A DNA stretch of 64,000 nucleotides from Takakia lepidozioides (Eukaryota > Plantae > Bryophyta). Every line of letters begins with the position of its first letter. The stretch's first letter is position 1. Positions 23,811-35,664 of the stretch are shown here, piece by piece. Position numbers and translations under genes: made by a program. Location: positions 53,010,001 to 53,074,000 of the forward strand of contig CM060734.1 in the NCBI GenBank assembly GCA_030704615.1, written 5' to 3'. The notes below the pieces were generated by a model. The model did no database searches and was not told the origin of the DNA. It saw only the letters and a list, made by a program, of their open reading frames with translations.

Positions 23811-25709
23811 GCCCACAAACTCCGCTTGTGGTAGGTCTTTGATCGGCCGAATTGGCCAAACACCCCACACCACCTCCTTGTTCCTGCTTGCTCGCGTAGG
23901 CTTGGCCATCGCTGCCCTCGTCTGCGTCCGCTTTGCCTCTCTCCCTGAGCGATGGCGAGAAAGTATTTAAATACTGAAGTGAAAGTATTTAAATTCGTCC
24001 AGAAAGGTAACCCCAAAATCAGCACACAAAGTAAATGAGGTGCCTTCGTATAACTGGTATTCACTGATCCTGACAACTATTTTGGCATGAGTCTAAGGAA
24101 TTCTTAGGGAACCTGCAGTGAATCGCAAAAAACGTGGGAACAGTTTGATGGCGAGAACGTTTTGGGTGTGAAAAATTAAAAGAAATTCGTTCTTTGATCT
24201 AATTTAAATTAGATAGAGCCTGTTTGGCCATAACTTTGGCCTACCAAGGCCGTTTGACCCAAAACTTGCACAGGGACCTACAGAAAGGGGAAATCTACCT
24301 ATCTAAACCTGGTTTCTGTTTGGGGACTCTGCTAAAAATCTATGGAATTTTTTAGAGTGTGAGTGTGCCACGAATATCCACAATCCTGTTTCTAGAACCT
24401 GTGCTGGGCCTATATGAGAGACAAACCTGTGGATGTACTCCCTGTATGGCTGGGGGAAATGAGGACGTAATTGAAGGGCAGGTCTCTTCTCTTAGCCTGT
24501 GCACACAAGGGGACAGGATCTATGTTTCCCAAGGAACTCAGACTGATTTGAGTGGAGAACAGTTGGACGAGTTGATTGCATACTGGGAGTCAGGCATTAG
24601 CAGTAGACAACAGACTGCTGTAGTTGGCATTGAGGGCCTCAATATCGCCTTGGACAGTCAGAACTCTGTTGGAGCCAGCAGTTCTGCAGCTGTAGGTGAA
24701 ATACCAAAGTGGGTGAAAGCTAGGCTTGGAACACAGCCAAAGACAGCTCCGGGGACCAAGGTGTTCAGCCACAAGGCCGTGGGTGTACTGGAGCAGAGGA
24801 GCAGGAGCACAAGTTTGTGCAATTAGACAGTGTTGCAGACGCACGACACGCTCTGCACAAGGCAACACGAACGGGGGTTCATTAGCGAGGACAAGTTTGT
24901 TCTGTTTGAATGCAGTCATCCGCAATGAAGACACCCGCAACCGTCTCAAGCTTTCGAGTTGAGAGACTATCAGACCCTACCTTTGTTTCTTTAGTGTTCA
25001 GTGAGCGGGAGATAGGGAGTACTGCTTTGTCTCTACCTGGCAGAAAGAGGAGGAGGTTAGAGCGAGCTACTGTAGCTTGGGACAAGGTGGTAGTTGGGAC
25101 TGGCAGGTTCTGGACATAGATATACCTCCTACACCTTACCATCAAGCAGAGCGAGGCACTTTGAGAGAAGTCTGGAGTTGATAGCATAGATCAGGATTAG
25201 ATCTTGCTTGGGGGGGCTTCTATTCTTCCCCTCCATCTCTGTACTATTTTCATTACCTTGTACTTGTAGTTGCCAAAGCCTCTCTTGGTGGAGGCCAGTC
25301 AGTCCGGGGGTTTTGGGCTGGGATATTCTGCAGGATCAACATTGCAGCTGGATTGGTTGGTGGGGGTGTTGATGTTTTGATTTCTTGTGTTTGGATCCCC
25401 CCCAACACCTGCATGCTTGACTGTGCGCCATGTTGGTTTTGTTTGGGCGCTTGTCTTTCATAGGGATTAGGCCGGATTTGATCACCGGTCAATCCTAGAG
25501 TATGCTCGGTGGTGAGGCTGGAGTGATGACCAGCAAGACCACCAGTGTTTCTTCTATGGTGAGGCTGGGTTGATGACCAGCCAACCATAGGAGTTCTTGC
25601 GGTGGATGCAGGTGCAGGTGCCCTGAGCCATTGGGATATGACCCTTAGACTGCAACAGGTGCCCCACCCGTGTCACTATTAGATTAGTACTAGAGCCTTA
25701 TAGTGTCAC

Positions 25710-27305
25710 GTGGAGGAGGTGCACATTGTGAGTGTCATTACGGAGTTACCCAAGGGTTTTGAGGGGAGTACGGCTACAAGCAACAGTGAGAGTGGGTTCA
25801 CAAGACGAGGTATTCGGTTCAGACCACCTTCACCGCCACCCTCAACTACTGTAGAGTCAGACACAGACTCGGAGGCTTCATCAACAGGTGTGCACTTTCA
25901 TTCGCCATTGTTGTGGGACGACATGGAGGAGATGTATGGAGCTACCAAGGGGCCTCGTAGGTACTCTGGAGCTGTGGGCACAATCGAGTTGGATGACTTT
26001 ATCCAGGAGTTCGACAGCTGGTGTGATTTGCAGCAGATGCGCAATCCACAGCTATTCACCCCATTCATGGCGTGGAAGGGACTGTTCCAGCATTTGGAAG
26101 GCCCGCCTATGGACGATTACCACGAGTTCAGGCGAGGACATGAAGCAGAGAGATGAGGAGTGGAGGATGTATTGGTCACCTGACTACGTCTCCATTACTC
26201 GAGGCACGACGCGACCCAGTAGCTGCATCAGTACCAATAGCTCCCACTGCCAGCACTAGTAGTGGAGCAAGTAGTGCTGGTACTTCTGAGGTGGTACCAG
26301 TTCAAAAGGTGCTCTCCTGCCACGACTACAACACATGTGCCTAGATTCAACCCGGTGGTGGAGTTCTTCCAGGAGTTGCGGAGGAACTACCAAGGTGTAC
26401 GGACAGAGAAGCTGCGAAGTTTGCAAGACTTCCAGCGCAAACCCAGTGAGAGCCTGCGAGAGGCGTACACTCGTATGAGGCGCTTGATAAGTGTGACCCA
26501 AGGGGTTACTGAAGCTCAGGCAATCCAGTTTTGGTATGGAATTCTGGACAAGGAGCTCAAGAGAAGGGTGCGAGATGCAACCCTGTTACAAGCAGCCCAA
26601 CCCACATTAGCAGATGTGTTTCTGCTGGCTGAGCGGATTGAGCTCAACATGGTGGAGGAGCGAGTTGTTACAATTGGATTTGGCAAGGACATGCCTGTAC
26701 GGGGCACAGCTGTCAGCCCACAAGCACAAGGGACTGCCCAACAGCGTGGTCAGGGGGGCAAGGTTGCCCAGCCCAAGTTCCATGGAGCTTACAGGGGACC
26801 TCAGGTGCAGAGGCCCGTGGCATCTTTTGCAGGCCAACAGCAACCAGGGGTGATATGTTGGACATGTGGAGGACCCCATGTCAAGAGAGATTGCCCAGAG
26901 AGTGGCAGAAGGCCGGCACAAGCACAGCCTGCACAGTTGCAGTGTGGGCATTGTGGCAAGTATGGGCATGGAGATGCCCAGTGTTATGACTTGCATCCTG
27001 AGTTGCGCCCAGGCCAGTTCCAAGGGAACAATGGTGGCCGGGGGCGAGGTGGACCAGCCCAAAGAGGACGAGGTGGTCGGGCACGAGGTGCAGGCCAAGG
27101 GCAAGCTCCACATGGCCAAGGACGCGGAGGTCAGGGTGTTGACCAAGGCATGGCCAATCGGCTTCAGCAGCTAGAGCAGAGGCTCGCTGCCATGGCTATA
27201 GCTCAGGCGGTACCGGCTCCCAGGCGGGATGGTCCACCTCCTGCTCCTGAGGGAGGAGATATGGGGGAGGAATGGGATTCATGTGCGGAGCAGCACTACC
27301 ACTAG
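25710..27305 (+). CDS. Gag (frameshifts near 26150-26330)
   Basis: IELDDFIQEFDSW, FQRKPSESLREAYTRM, knuckles CWTCGGPHVKRDC and CGHCGKYGHGDAQC, RGG-rich tail. Confidence 0.85.
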
Positions 27306-27801
27306 AGCAGGTGGAGTCTGCTGCAGCCGTGACTCGAGGAGCAGCACGAGTTCCTGAGCCACGAGGTGCAGAGGTGGAGTTGGATCCACAACGTGGGGAG
27401 GCAAGCCGTCAGGCAAGGCTGCCTCAGTCATTCACCTTGGCGGAGACAGTGTCAACGCCATCCATGGCACCTAGTTCTCGCCCGACTGTTACCGAGGCGG
27501 AGGTTACTATGCCATTGGGGAGAGCTACCGTGCAGCTGACACCTGCTACCAAGGCTAGTGCAGCCGGTGTGTTATTGGGGCAGCCACCTCTGTGTGTCAA
27601 GCCCCACTGTTCTCGGCACCATGATTGCGACGCCGGGGTGAGACCAGCTGCAGTGTTCAGACTAGCAGCAACACTCTGTGAGAGTGGAGAGGTCACTTCA
27701 TCTTCTGCGGAGTTAGTGGAAGGTGTAGTAGTGGCAGAGGGATCCTCGGATTTGAGGGTCAAGACTGCCACGGCAGCGCCTGGCAAGCTGCAGCTGCCAG
27801 A

Positions 27802-28341
27802 TTGACGGAGCTGCCAGCTAGGCCAGCCTTTGAGCGCGCCATGGTGACACCTGGAGTTGTCTTGTTAGACAACCAGGGAGGCATTTTCACTTTGAGTGGA
27901 CCGGCAGGCAAGAAGTACCGGCCACTGCGGGTCTTGTTGGACTCAGGAGCTCAGCCACTGATGTTGGGCAGAGCTGCTATTGCAGGTTTGGGCCTCATGG
28001 AGGCGGATATGGAGCCTTGTCCTTTCCAGATACAGACATCTCTGGGAGGATCAGAGCAGGCTCGCGGCATGACACGGCATCAGTTGGCTATTAGACTGCA
28101 GCCGGATCATCCTGTAGATGGCTCAGTGATGCGAGCCAAGGCCATTGTGACAGACGCGGTCTCTTACGATGTCCTCGTTGGTGGGGCAGTGTTATACCCC
28201 ATGGGCTTCACCCTGGATTTCTGGGAGGAGTCAGCATCCTACAGGCCTGGATGGCAGTCAGGGGATGGTCGCCGTGCACAGCTCCCTGTGACATTCATTG
28301 GGGGTATTGCAGCTGCCAGCGGGGCAAGATGCCAACACTAG
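27802..28341 (+). CDS. Aspartic protease
   Basis: VLLDSGAQP active site; YDVLVGGAVL. Confidence 0.85.
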   Translation: MTELPARPAFERAMVTPGVVLLDNQGGIFTLSGPAGKKYRPLRVLLDSGAQPLMLGRAAIAGLGLMEADMEPCPFQIQTSLGGSEQARGMTRHQLAIRLQPDHPVDGSVMRAKAIVTDAVSYDVLVGGAVLYPMGFTLDFWEESASYRPGWQSGDGRRAQLPVTFIGGIAAASGARCQH

Positions 28342-28639
28342 CCGCCTTCACAGCTGCAGTAGCTGGCCTGGAGAGTTGCTGGAAGGCAATGCCATGCAGA
28401 GGATGTGCCACCTCCAGCAGAGCAGGATGACATGCATGGTACGGCGGAGTTGCCTGCCATGGTTGCTCACACTCCGTTGTGGGGTACGAGCAAGGATTTG
28501 CAGCAGCTGCTGATGGACGGGTGCAACAAGCTTGGGTAGAAGCTTTTGTACCGTCAGGAGAGGAGGAGAGTGCGGTGATTGCACCAGGGCCACCTCAGTT
28601 GTCGCCATTGGACACCACACCTCTTGTGTGGCAGCCCGG

Positions 28640-29600
28640 ATGAAGGCATATGCCTTCTGGACTTTTGGCGGGATCAGCACTGGATTGGCTGCAGTGCTGC
28701 AGGCAGGTGTACGAGTTCGACGTTACCTGTATGTGGAGAGGGATGAGACTGCACGACGCGTCTCACTGCGCCATGTGCTCAGATGGTGCAGCAGCACCCT
28801 GAGTTGTTGCCGGTGTCTGCAGTTCGTGGATATCAGCAGGCCTTGCCAGCAGACATTTCGTTGCTGGGGGCGCAGGATTTGGAGCGGGTTGGCTCCATTG
28901 ATCTGGTAGTGGCAGGTTGGCCCTGCCAAGGGCATTCATCAGCCGGGCATGGCAATGGATTGCGAGACTCGAGGACGGGTCTGTTTTGGGAGATGGTGCG
29001 GATTTTGCGCCACTTGCAGCTTCATCAGCTGTATCTCCGGCATACATCTTGGAGAATGTGCCACTGATGGTGATTCTCGGGCCAGGGTGATGGCCAGTGT
29101 GCATCAAGTCCGGTCGTGGCTTGGGTCAGCAGTATTGCTGGATGCAGCTGCAGTGGGGTCACGGGCTCATCGTCCACGACTATGGTGGACTAACTTGATG
29201 CCACCCGCACTGCTCAAGCGTGCATTTGATGGGGTGCAGCGGCCAGCACACCTCACCGTGGATGGCATTTTGGACACAGGAAGGCAGTCTCAACGTGTGA
29301 GACACGATGACCGTTCGCCTTTGGCAGTGGTCAACAGGGTGGGTCAACCACGAGCAGCATTACCTACACTGCTCAGCTTCCCAGGATCCCATGCTTTTCG
29401 GGATGGTGGACCTGGCCTCCTGTGGGATGCTCAGTTGCAGCAGTTAGTGGAGCCTAATGCCGACGAGCGAGAGCGGGCTATGGGGTTTTCCACTGGGACC
29501 ACGGCGGTGCCTTCTCTTTCTGAGGCATCACGTCGTCAGGTGTTGGGGCAAGCAATGGATCTCAATTGCTTGACCTGGATTGTCAGCTTGGCTATGGCTG
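28640..29600 (+). CDS. C5-cytosine DNA methyltransferase domain (DNMT3-like motifs; several frameshifts as assembled)
   Basis: Motif I LLD/FGGISTG; II YVERD; III ADI; IV DLVVAGWPCQ (PCQ at 28921-28929); VI ILENVP (ENV at 29052-29060); VIII AHRPRLWWTN; IX ERERAMGF; X RRQVLGQAM. Confidence 0.9.
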
Positions 29601-29878
29601 AGCAACGTAGAGTGCGGAGTGCACTTCCCTTGATGGTCTCTCTGCCTACCGAGACGGTACAGGCAGCGAGTGGGGGCGAGCGGTGAGGACCACGAGGTGT
29701 AGACATCCATGGCACATGTGGGAGGTGCTCGAGGTTCAGAGGGAGTTGGCAGCGAAGGCAGCTGTGATGGATGAGGTTGGGGATTCTTCTCGGGATGAGG
29801 AGGTTCTCAATGATGAGATGATGGGGCAGGATGAGGCCTTGTCATTGACTGAGCAGGAAGGGGGTACTGCTCAAGAGG

Positions 29879-31290
29879 TTGCAGCATAGCAACCACGGGA
29901 CGCGTCCTACCTCTAAGCCCACTGGACTTAAGGTTGCAGTTACGGAGGACAATTGGGAGCCTGACATTGGACCCATTGTCACCGGAGGAGAGAGACGACG
30001 TATACGGCGGTTCCTGAGGGCTTACAGGAATTGCTTTGCCTTCAGTTTGAAGGACTTGGGAGCACTGAAGGGTCAAGAGATCCGTATTGAGTTGGCCACT
30101 GACACGCCAATCTTTCGGAGACCCTATAGATACAGTGACATGGAGAGGTCTTTGATTCAGATGAGGACTCAAGATCTCTGGGAGGCAGGTTTGGTGGAGC
30201 TCTCTGGTGGAGAGTATGCTTCAGCCACAGTGATGCCAGCTAAGAAGGATGTCTATGGCAATTGGACGGAGAGACGTATGTGCGGTGATTACCGGCCTGT
30301 AAATCGTCAGACCAAGTCCGATAGGTATGCCATGCCAACACCAGAGGAGATCTTTGATGCCATTGGGCATTCCAAGGTCTTTAGCACGTTGGATTTACGA
30401 TCCGGATATCACCAGTTGCCGATCAAGGAGGCGGATAAGCAAAAGACGGCATTCTGGGGGATCAATGAGCACGGGAAGGATTGCCTATACCAGTGGCGGT
30501 TCTTACCATTTGGGCTTAAAAACGCTCCCGCTGAGTTTCAAAGAGTCATGGACAGGATTCTAGCAGGGGTGGAGTTTGCTCGGTGCTACATAGATGACAT
30601 CATCATCTTTAGTGCTACGGTGGAGGAGCATGAGAGACACCTTCAGGGGGTATTTGAGCGCTTGAGGACGCACGGATTGAAGTTACATCCGGGCAAGTGC
30701 AAGTTTTTCCACAACCAGATTGAGTATCTGGGTCACATGATATATCCTGGAGGATTGGGGGTACAGCAGACTAAGGTAGAGTCCATTGCACAGGTTCCAC
30801 GCCCCACGGATGTGAGCCGAGTTCGAGCTTTCATGGGGTTAGCAAACTATTACAGACGGTTTGTTAAGGGATTTAGTGCCATTGCAAAGGCTCTAACCAA
30901 GCTGACCAAGGTGGACCAGGAGTGGCAGTGGGAAGATGAGCAAGAACAAGCTTTTCAAGAGCTCAAGGCGAGGTTGACCTCGGCGCCCATCTTGAGACGA
31001 CCTATCAGGGGGCGTCCTTTTCAGCTGCATACAGATTGGAGCATGCTGGGGCTTGGAGCGGTGCTCACACAGGTGGATGATGAGGGAAGAGAGTTCGTAG
31101 TGGCTTATGCTAGCCGCTCGAACAATGCTGCAGAGTCTAAGTATAGCTCATATGAGGGAGAATGCTTAGCTGCAGTGTGGGCCGTGGCACACTTCAGGTG
31201 CTATTTATACGGCAATCTCTTCACCCTTGTCACGGATCACCAACCACTCAAGTGGTTGATGGAGTCAGACAAGCTTACGGGAAGCTTGCA
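29879..31290 (+). CDS. Reverse transcriptase + RNase H
   Basis: RMCGDYRPVN, TLDLRSGYHQL, LPFGLKNAP, YIDD, LHTDWSMLGLGAVL, VTDHQPL. Confidence 0.97.
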
Positions 31291-32850
31291 CGGTGGGCAC
31301 TCATCCTTCAAGAGTATGACTTTCAGGTGGTGCATCGACCGGGTTTGGTCAATCGAAATGCAGATGGGTTGAGTCGCAATCCATGCACGAGCCAGCAGGA
31401 TGACACTGGAGCTCGGTGGCATGGTGAGACGGACGAGGAGATGGTGCCCGGATGGCATGCATCTGCATTTCTGTGTATCTTGGCAGCGGAAGGCCAGGTT
31501 GGACCTACAACAGGGATGACTGTAGATCAAGTGTCTGAGGACCCTGAGGCCAGCAATGAGCAGGGTGGCGCCAAAGATATACATGAGGATTCAGTTGTGT
31601 TGGACTACCTCCGCAGTGGAGACACGGCAGCCACTATGACTGCCAAGGAGAGGGATCGGATCCTACAACGAGCCAAGAGGTTCAGGTGGGAGGGGACACA
31701 CCTGCTCCGAGTGTGGGAGGATGGTCGAGTGAGGATTGTGCCTCACCCAACACAGCGGGCACGGTTAGTGCGGCATGCCCATGAGGAGTTGGGGCATTTT
31801 GGGGTGCGACGCACTCATAGTCTACTGCAGGGGCAGTATTGGTGGCGTGGTATGCACACAGAGGTGCAACAATTTGTGGCTAGGTGCATGGTGTGTGACA
31901 GGGTGCGTGCTTCATTCAACGCCCCTACTCCACAATTGCACCCTCTTCCGATCATGGGATTGGGCTACAGGTGGAGTCTTGACTTCGCAGGGCCGTTGCC
32001 ACTGACCATGCGCCACAACAAGTACGTGTTGGTGATGGTGGAGCACTTCTCCAAGTGGATTGAATTGGTTCCATTGCCTGATAAGGCTAGTGAGGGAGCT
32101 GCGTATGCATTCCTGGATTGTGTGCTTAGCCGATTCGGTGCTCCAGCTGAGGTACTCACGGACCAAGGGAGAGAGTTCTTGGGGGAGTTTCAGGCTTTGT
32201 GTGACAAGGCCTTGATAGACCACCGCACCACTTCTCGGGATCATCCTGAAGCCGATGGCTTGGCAGAGAGAGTTGTTCAGACAGTAAAGAGGGGTTTGCG
32301 CAAGTATGGCTTGCAGAAGGGACACCTAGGAGATTGGGACCTTCAGTTACCCTGTTAGCCATGGGCTACAGGTTCAGCAAGCAAGCATCACTTGCCTCCT
32401 TCTCACCATACTTTCTTCTCTTTGGCCGAGAGCCGGATTTGCCTACATCCATTCGCAGAGAAGCTGCTACAGTTCTTAACCTTGACGATCCGGACGTGTG
32501 GGCACGTGCATGTGAGCAGCGTGCAGAGTTGTTCAAGAGAGTCATGCCTATGGCTTTCGAGAACCTTGCCATTGCACAACACCGTGATACGTTGAGGTAT
32601 GCTACCATACGTGGTGGGGGCTATCGTCCTGGGGTTCGGAGATTCAACCCTGGTGACTATGTCTATCTGCAGCAGACTGCTCCTACGACCCTGGATGTGA
32701 CTGCAGGACGTGTTATTTTGAGGGTTCGAGAGGTCTTGCCCTCAGGCGTCTTGGTCTTGGAGGGTCGGGATGGCATCACTTGGAAGGACCATGTGCGTAA
32801 TTGTGCGCCATGTCACCTTCCGAATGTCGATGGCAGGATTGACCCAAAAC
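31290..32850 (+). CDS. DDE integrase (frameshift near 32355)
   Basis: HHCC zinc motif (HEELGH...CMVC), WSLDFAGPL, TDQGREF, AERVVQTVK, SPYFLLFGRE, FNPGDYVY. Confidence 0.95.
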
Positions 32851-32877
32851 CTGGCAGTGGTATCTGCAGGTTTGAGG

Positions 32878-33021
32878 TGCATGTTGTGTGGGTCTGCTAA
32901 AGGGGCAGCCACCATGCTGGTATGTGATCGGTGCTCTAGAGGTTGGCATATGGGATGCTTGACTCCACCTCTTGAGATGGTTCCGGATGGGGATTGGTTA
33001 TGTCCACATTGCATTGGATAG
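32878..33021 (+). CDS. C-terminal PHD finger of the integrase
   Basis: CMLC...MLVCDRCSRGWHMGCLTPPLEMVPDGDWLCPHC is a canonical C4HC3 PHD. Confidence 0.92.
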   Translation, partial: CMLCGSAKGAATMLVCDRCSRGWHMGCLTPPLEMVPDGDWLCPHCIG

Positions 33022-33268
33022 TGGGAGTGGATACAACCATGGGAGGCTAACAAGAAACGCAAGGCCCAGCTACTAGGAGACCTTGAACACACGAGATCTT
33101 GGCTCAAGTTCATAGATTGCAAGACGGCGACTAACGATGGGGCTACTCTTGTACCCGGCCTCTTGGTTATAGAGTTTGAGCACGATAAGACAGTGATAGA
33201 GGACTTAGTACGGCTGTGGCTATTACATCTTGTAGCTATCTGGAGGTAGAGGGACCTATCCACCAGCT

Positions 33269-33278
33269 AGGGGGCGAT
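33269..33278 (+). promoter_or_regulatory. Polypurine tract-like sequence
   Basis: AGGGGGCGAT directly before the TG at 33279. Confidence 0.6.
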
Positions 33279-33709
33279 TGTGCTAGACTACTTTATTGTG
33301 CATATATGTGTGGTGTGGTTGGACAGCGATGTAGTTGTGTAGCGATATGTATGCGCACGACAGCTGTCAAGTTAAATAAGCACAGTGTGAAAACAGCTAG
33401 AATAAAACTAGTTATTTGTATTTAACACTTGGATTTAGGTCAAGTGTTAAATCAGGTGTCAAGTTTAGTTTGACACCTGGTCTGTCTTATCTTCACGAGA
33501 GCGGCAGTCGCGCAGCTCATCTCTCTCGAGTTGAGCCTGCGCGACCGAGCTCCTTCATGCGTTTAGATCTGAGTGTGCTTATGATGGGAGTGTAGGTTGT
33601 TGTGGGGTGGAGTCCCCATAGCTTGGGGTGCCCCTGGCTCGACTTCTATTCTAAGAGTGATGGTTTGGTTTTCATGCTTTGCATCGTGTTGTCTTTAGCT
33701 TGCTTATCA
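33279..33709 (+). repeat. Complete LTR (B1 33279-33362, GC, A2 33365-33709)
   Basis: TG...CA bounded, follows the PPT, and its 3' end coincides with the A1 end. Confidence 0.85.
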
Positions 33710-33710
33710 T

Positions 33711-33795
33711 TGTGCTAGACTACTTTATTGTGCATATATGTGTGGTGTGGTCTGGACAGCGATGTAGTTGTGTAGCGATATGTATGCGCACGACA
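33711..33795 (+). repeat. Terminal repeat B2 (first ~85 bp of LTR repeated after the complete LTR)
   Basis: Matches 33279-33362 with one 1-bp indel. Confidence 0.95.
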
Positions 33796-34501
33796 ATATC
33801 TATGAACAAATGCAACAAACAGGTGTGAAGCCCGACAGGGTCACATTTCGTTTGTGTTATCAATGCTTTTGCCAGCCTAGGAGCCTTGGAAATGGGGAAG
33901 TCATCCATGGTGACATTATTAAAGTTGGAATTGCACCATATATAAATTTGGAGACTGTCCTTGTTGACATGTACGCCAAATGCGGGAGCATGAGGGATGC
34001 GCAACAAGTATTTGACAGTATGGCTAAGCGAAATGTGGTCTCATGGAGTGTGATGATAGCAGGATATGCCCAACATGGGTTTGGTAGGGAGGGCTGTCCA
34101 CGAGCAGGTGCAATAGGAGGGGGTGAAGCCCAACAAGGTCAATTTCATTTGTGTTCTCAATGCATGTTCCAGCCTAGGAGCCCTAGAAAAGGGCAGAGAG
34201 GTCCGACATCACATCTAAATTTGGAGAAAGAAAGAAAAGAAAAGAAAAAAACAAGAAAACTGAGTCCGAAGACTTTTCTTTTTCTTTTTTTAAGAAAAGA
34301 AAAATCTGTGGACACTACTATAGTGCCCAACAGCAGCTATGTTTATCAGTATGCTGCTTAAGGCCTTGGCCTTCAGTCACTATATAAAACTAAGTCTTGG
34401 AGCGGCTTACCAACAACTTGTGTGTGCGTCTGCGTGATCTTGCTATAGAGTTGGGAAGAGAGGAAGAGGTTTAGGTCCAGCTAAAGGATTGATTGCTTGC
34501 A

Positions 34502-35664
34502 ATGAAGACTGTGCAACAAATTTGTATGGTGCCTTCCCTCTTGTTTCTGATTTTGTTAATAGGGAGTGTGCAAGCTGCAAGTGAAGGTGTTGGGAACAAG
34601 CATGATTCAGAGGGTGTAGTGCTAGGTGATTTGGACCTCAACAACAAAGCTAGTGATCCTAGTCCTTTGAGTAGTTTTGGGCCTTCTGTTGGTCATGATC
34701 TTGGAGCCCTAGGAAGTCCTCTAGGGCCCGATGGTGATGGTTCTCAGAGTAGAAATCCAAGCGATGAAGGAATTCCTGATGGAGGTATTGGCAATAACCT
34801 CAATAGTAGTGAAAAAAGTCATGGAAGATTTGGACATGTCGGAGATTATCCCAATATCGGCGGCCTCGGTCCAAGATTTCCCAGTGATGGCCTTGATCCC
34901 AGCTTCCCAGGAGTGTGGCCTTCCAGGATATCCCAGTGGTGGCTTCCCAGGATATCCCAGTGGCGGAGGAGGAGGAAGTATTGGTCATTTCGGAGGTGAT
35001 CCCGGTTTGTTTCCCGGCGGCGCGGTAGTCGAGGATTTCCCAGTGGTGGCTTTCCAGGATATCCGAGTGTTGGCTTTCCAGGACATCCCATTGGTGGCTT
35101 TCCAGGATATCCCAGTGGTGGCTTTCCAGGACATCCCAGTGTCGGAGGAGGAAGTATTGGACATTTCGGAGGTGATCCCAGTTTGTTTCCCGGCGGCGGC
35201 AGTCCAGGATTTCCCAGTGGTGGCTTCCCAGGATATCCCAGTGGTGGCTTTCTAGGACATCCCATTGGTGGCTTTGGAGGATATCCCAGTGGTGGTTTTC
35301 CAGGATTTCCCGGTGTGCCTCCTCTAGAAGCTATGGCATCGGCAAGCGGGTATGGTAATATGAAGTACTTCGACGCTAAACATCCATTCCTAGGCCATCC
35401 TCCTCCATTTGGAAGTTTTGGACATTTCGGAGGTTATCCCGATTTGTTCCCCGGCGGCGGCGGTACGGGACTTCCCAATGGTGGCTTTCCAGGACATCCC
35501 AGTGGCGTAGGTTTGTTTCCCCCGGCGGCGGTCTAGGATTTCCCATTGGTGGCTTTCCAAGATATCCCAGCGGTGGCGTTCCCGTTGTGCCTCCTCCACA
35601 AGCTGCGACATGTGCAAGTACTGGTTATGGTAATGAGGTTTATTGCGTTACTAATCATCCATAG
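34502..35664 (+). pseudogene. Gly/Pro-rich gene copy 2 (frameshifted as assembled)
   Basis: Inverted copy of 14390-15520 with indels near 34895-35025 and 35520. Confidence 0.85.

Larger units (their letters stand above)
21585..33795 (+). mobile_element. Full-length Gypsy-type retrotransposon carrying a C5 DNA methyltransferase and PHD finger, with permuted LTR ends; TSD ATAT
   Basis: Termini TGTC...GACA; ATAT at 21581-21584 and 33796-33799; Gag, PR, DNMT, RT, RNase H, integrase and PHD motifs; terminal repeats. Confidence 0.95.
21075..34205 (+). pseudogene. PPR pseudogene C inverted copy, split by the 21585-33795 element
   Basis: GAGGCTTTCAATAT (to 21584) rejoins ATATCTATGAACAAA (from 33796), matching the empty site at ~16220-16245 and ~63825-63850. 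Confidence 0.9.

Noticed and set aside
21585-33795. DIRS/Ngaro tyrosine-recombinase element (suggested by split direct repeats)
   Set aside because: Encodes a protease and an HHCC/DDE integrase, shows a TSD, and no tyrosine recombinase motif was seen
21580-33799. 5-bp TSD AATAT
   Set aside because: Formally possible, but it would end the element at GAC; a 4-bp ATAT keeps symmetric TGTC...GACA termini matching the internal palindrome
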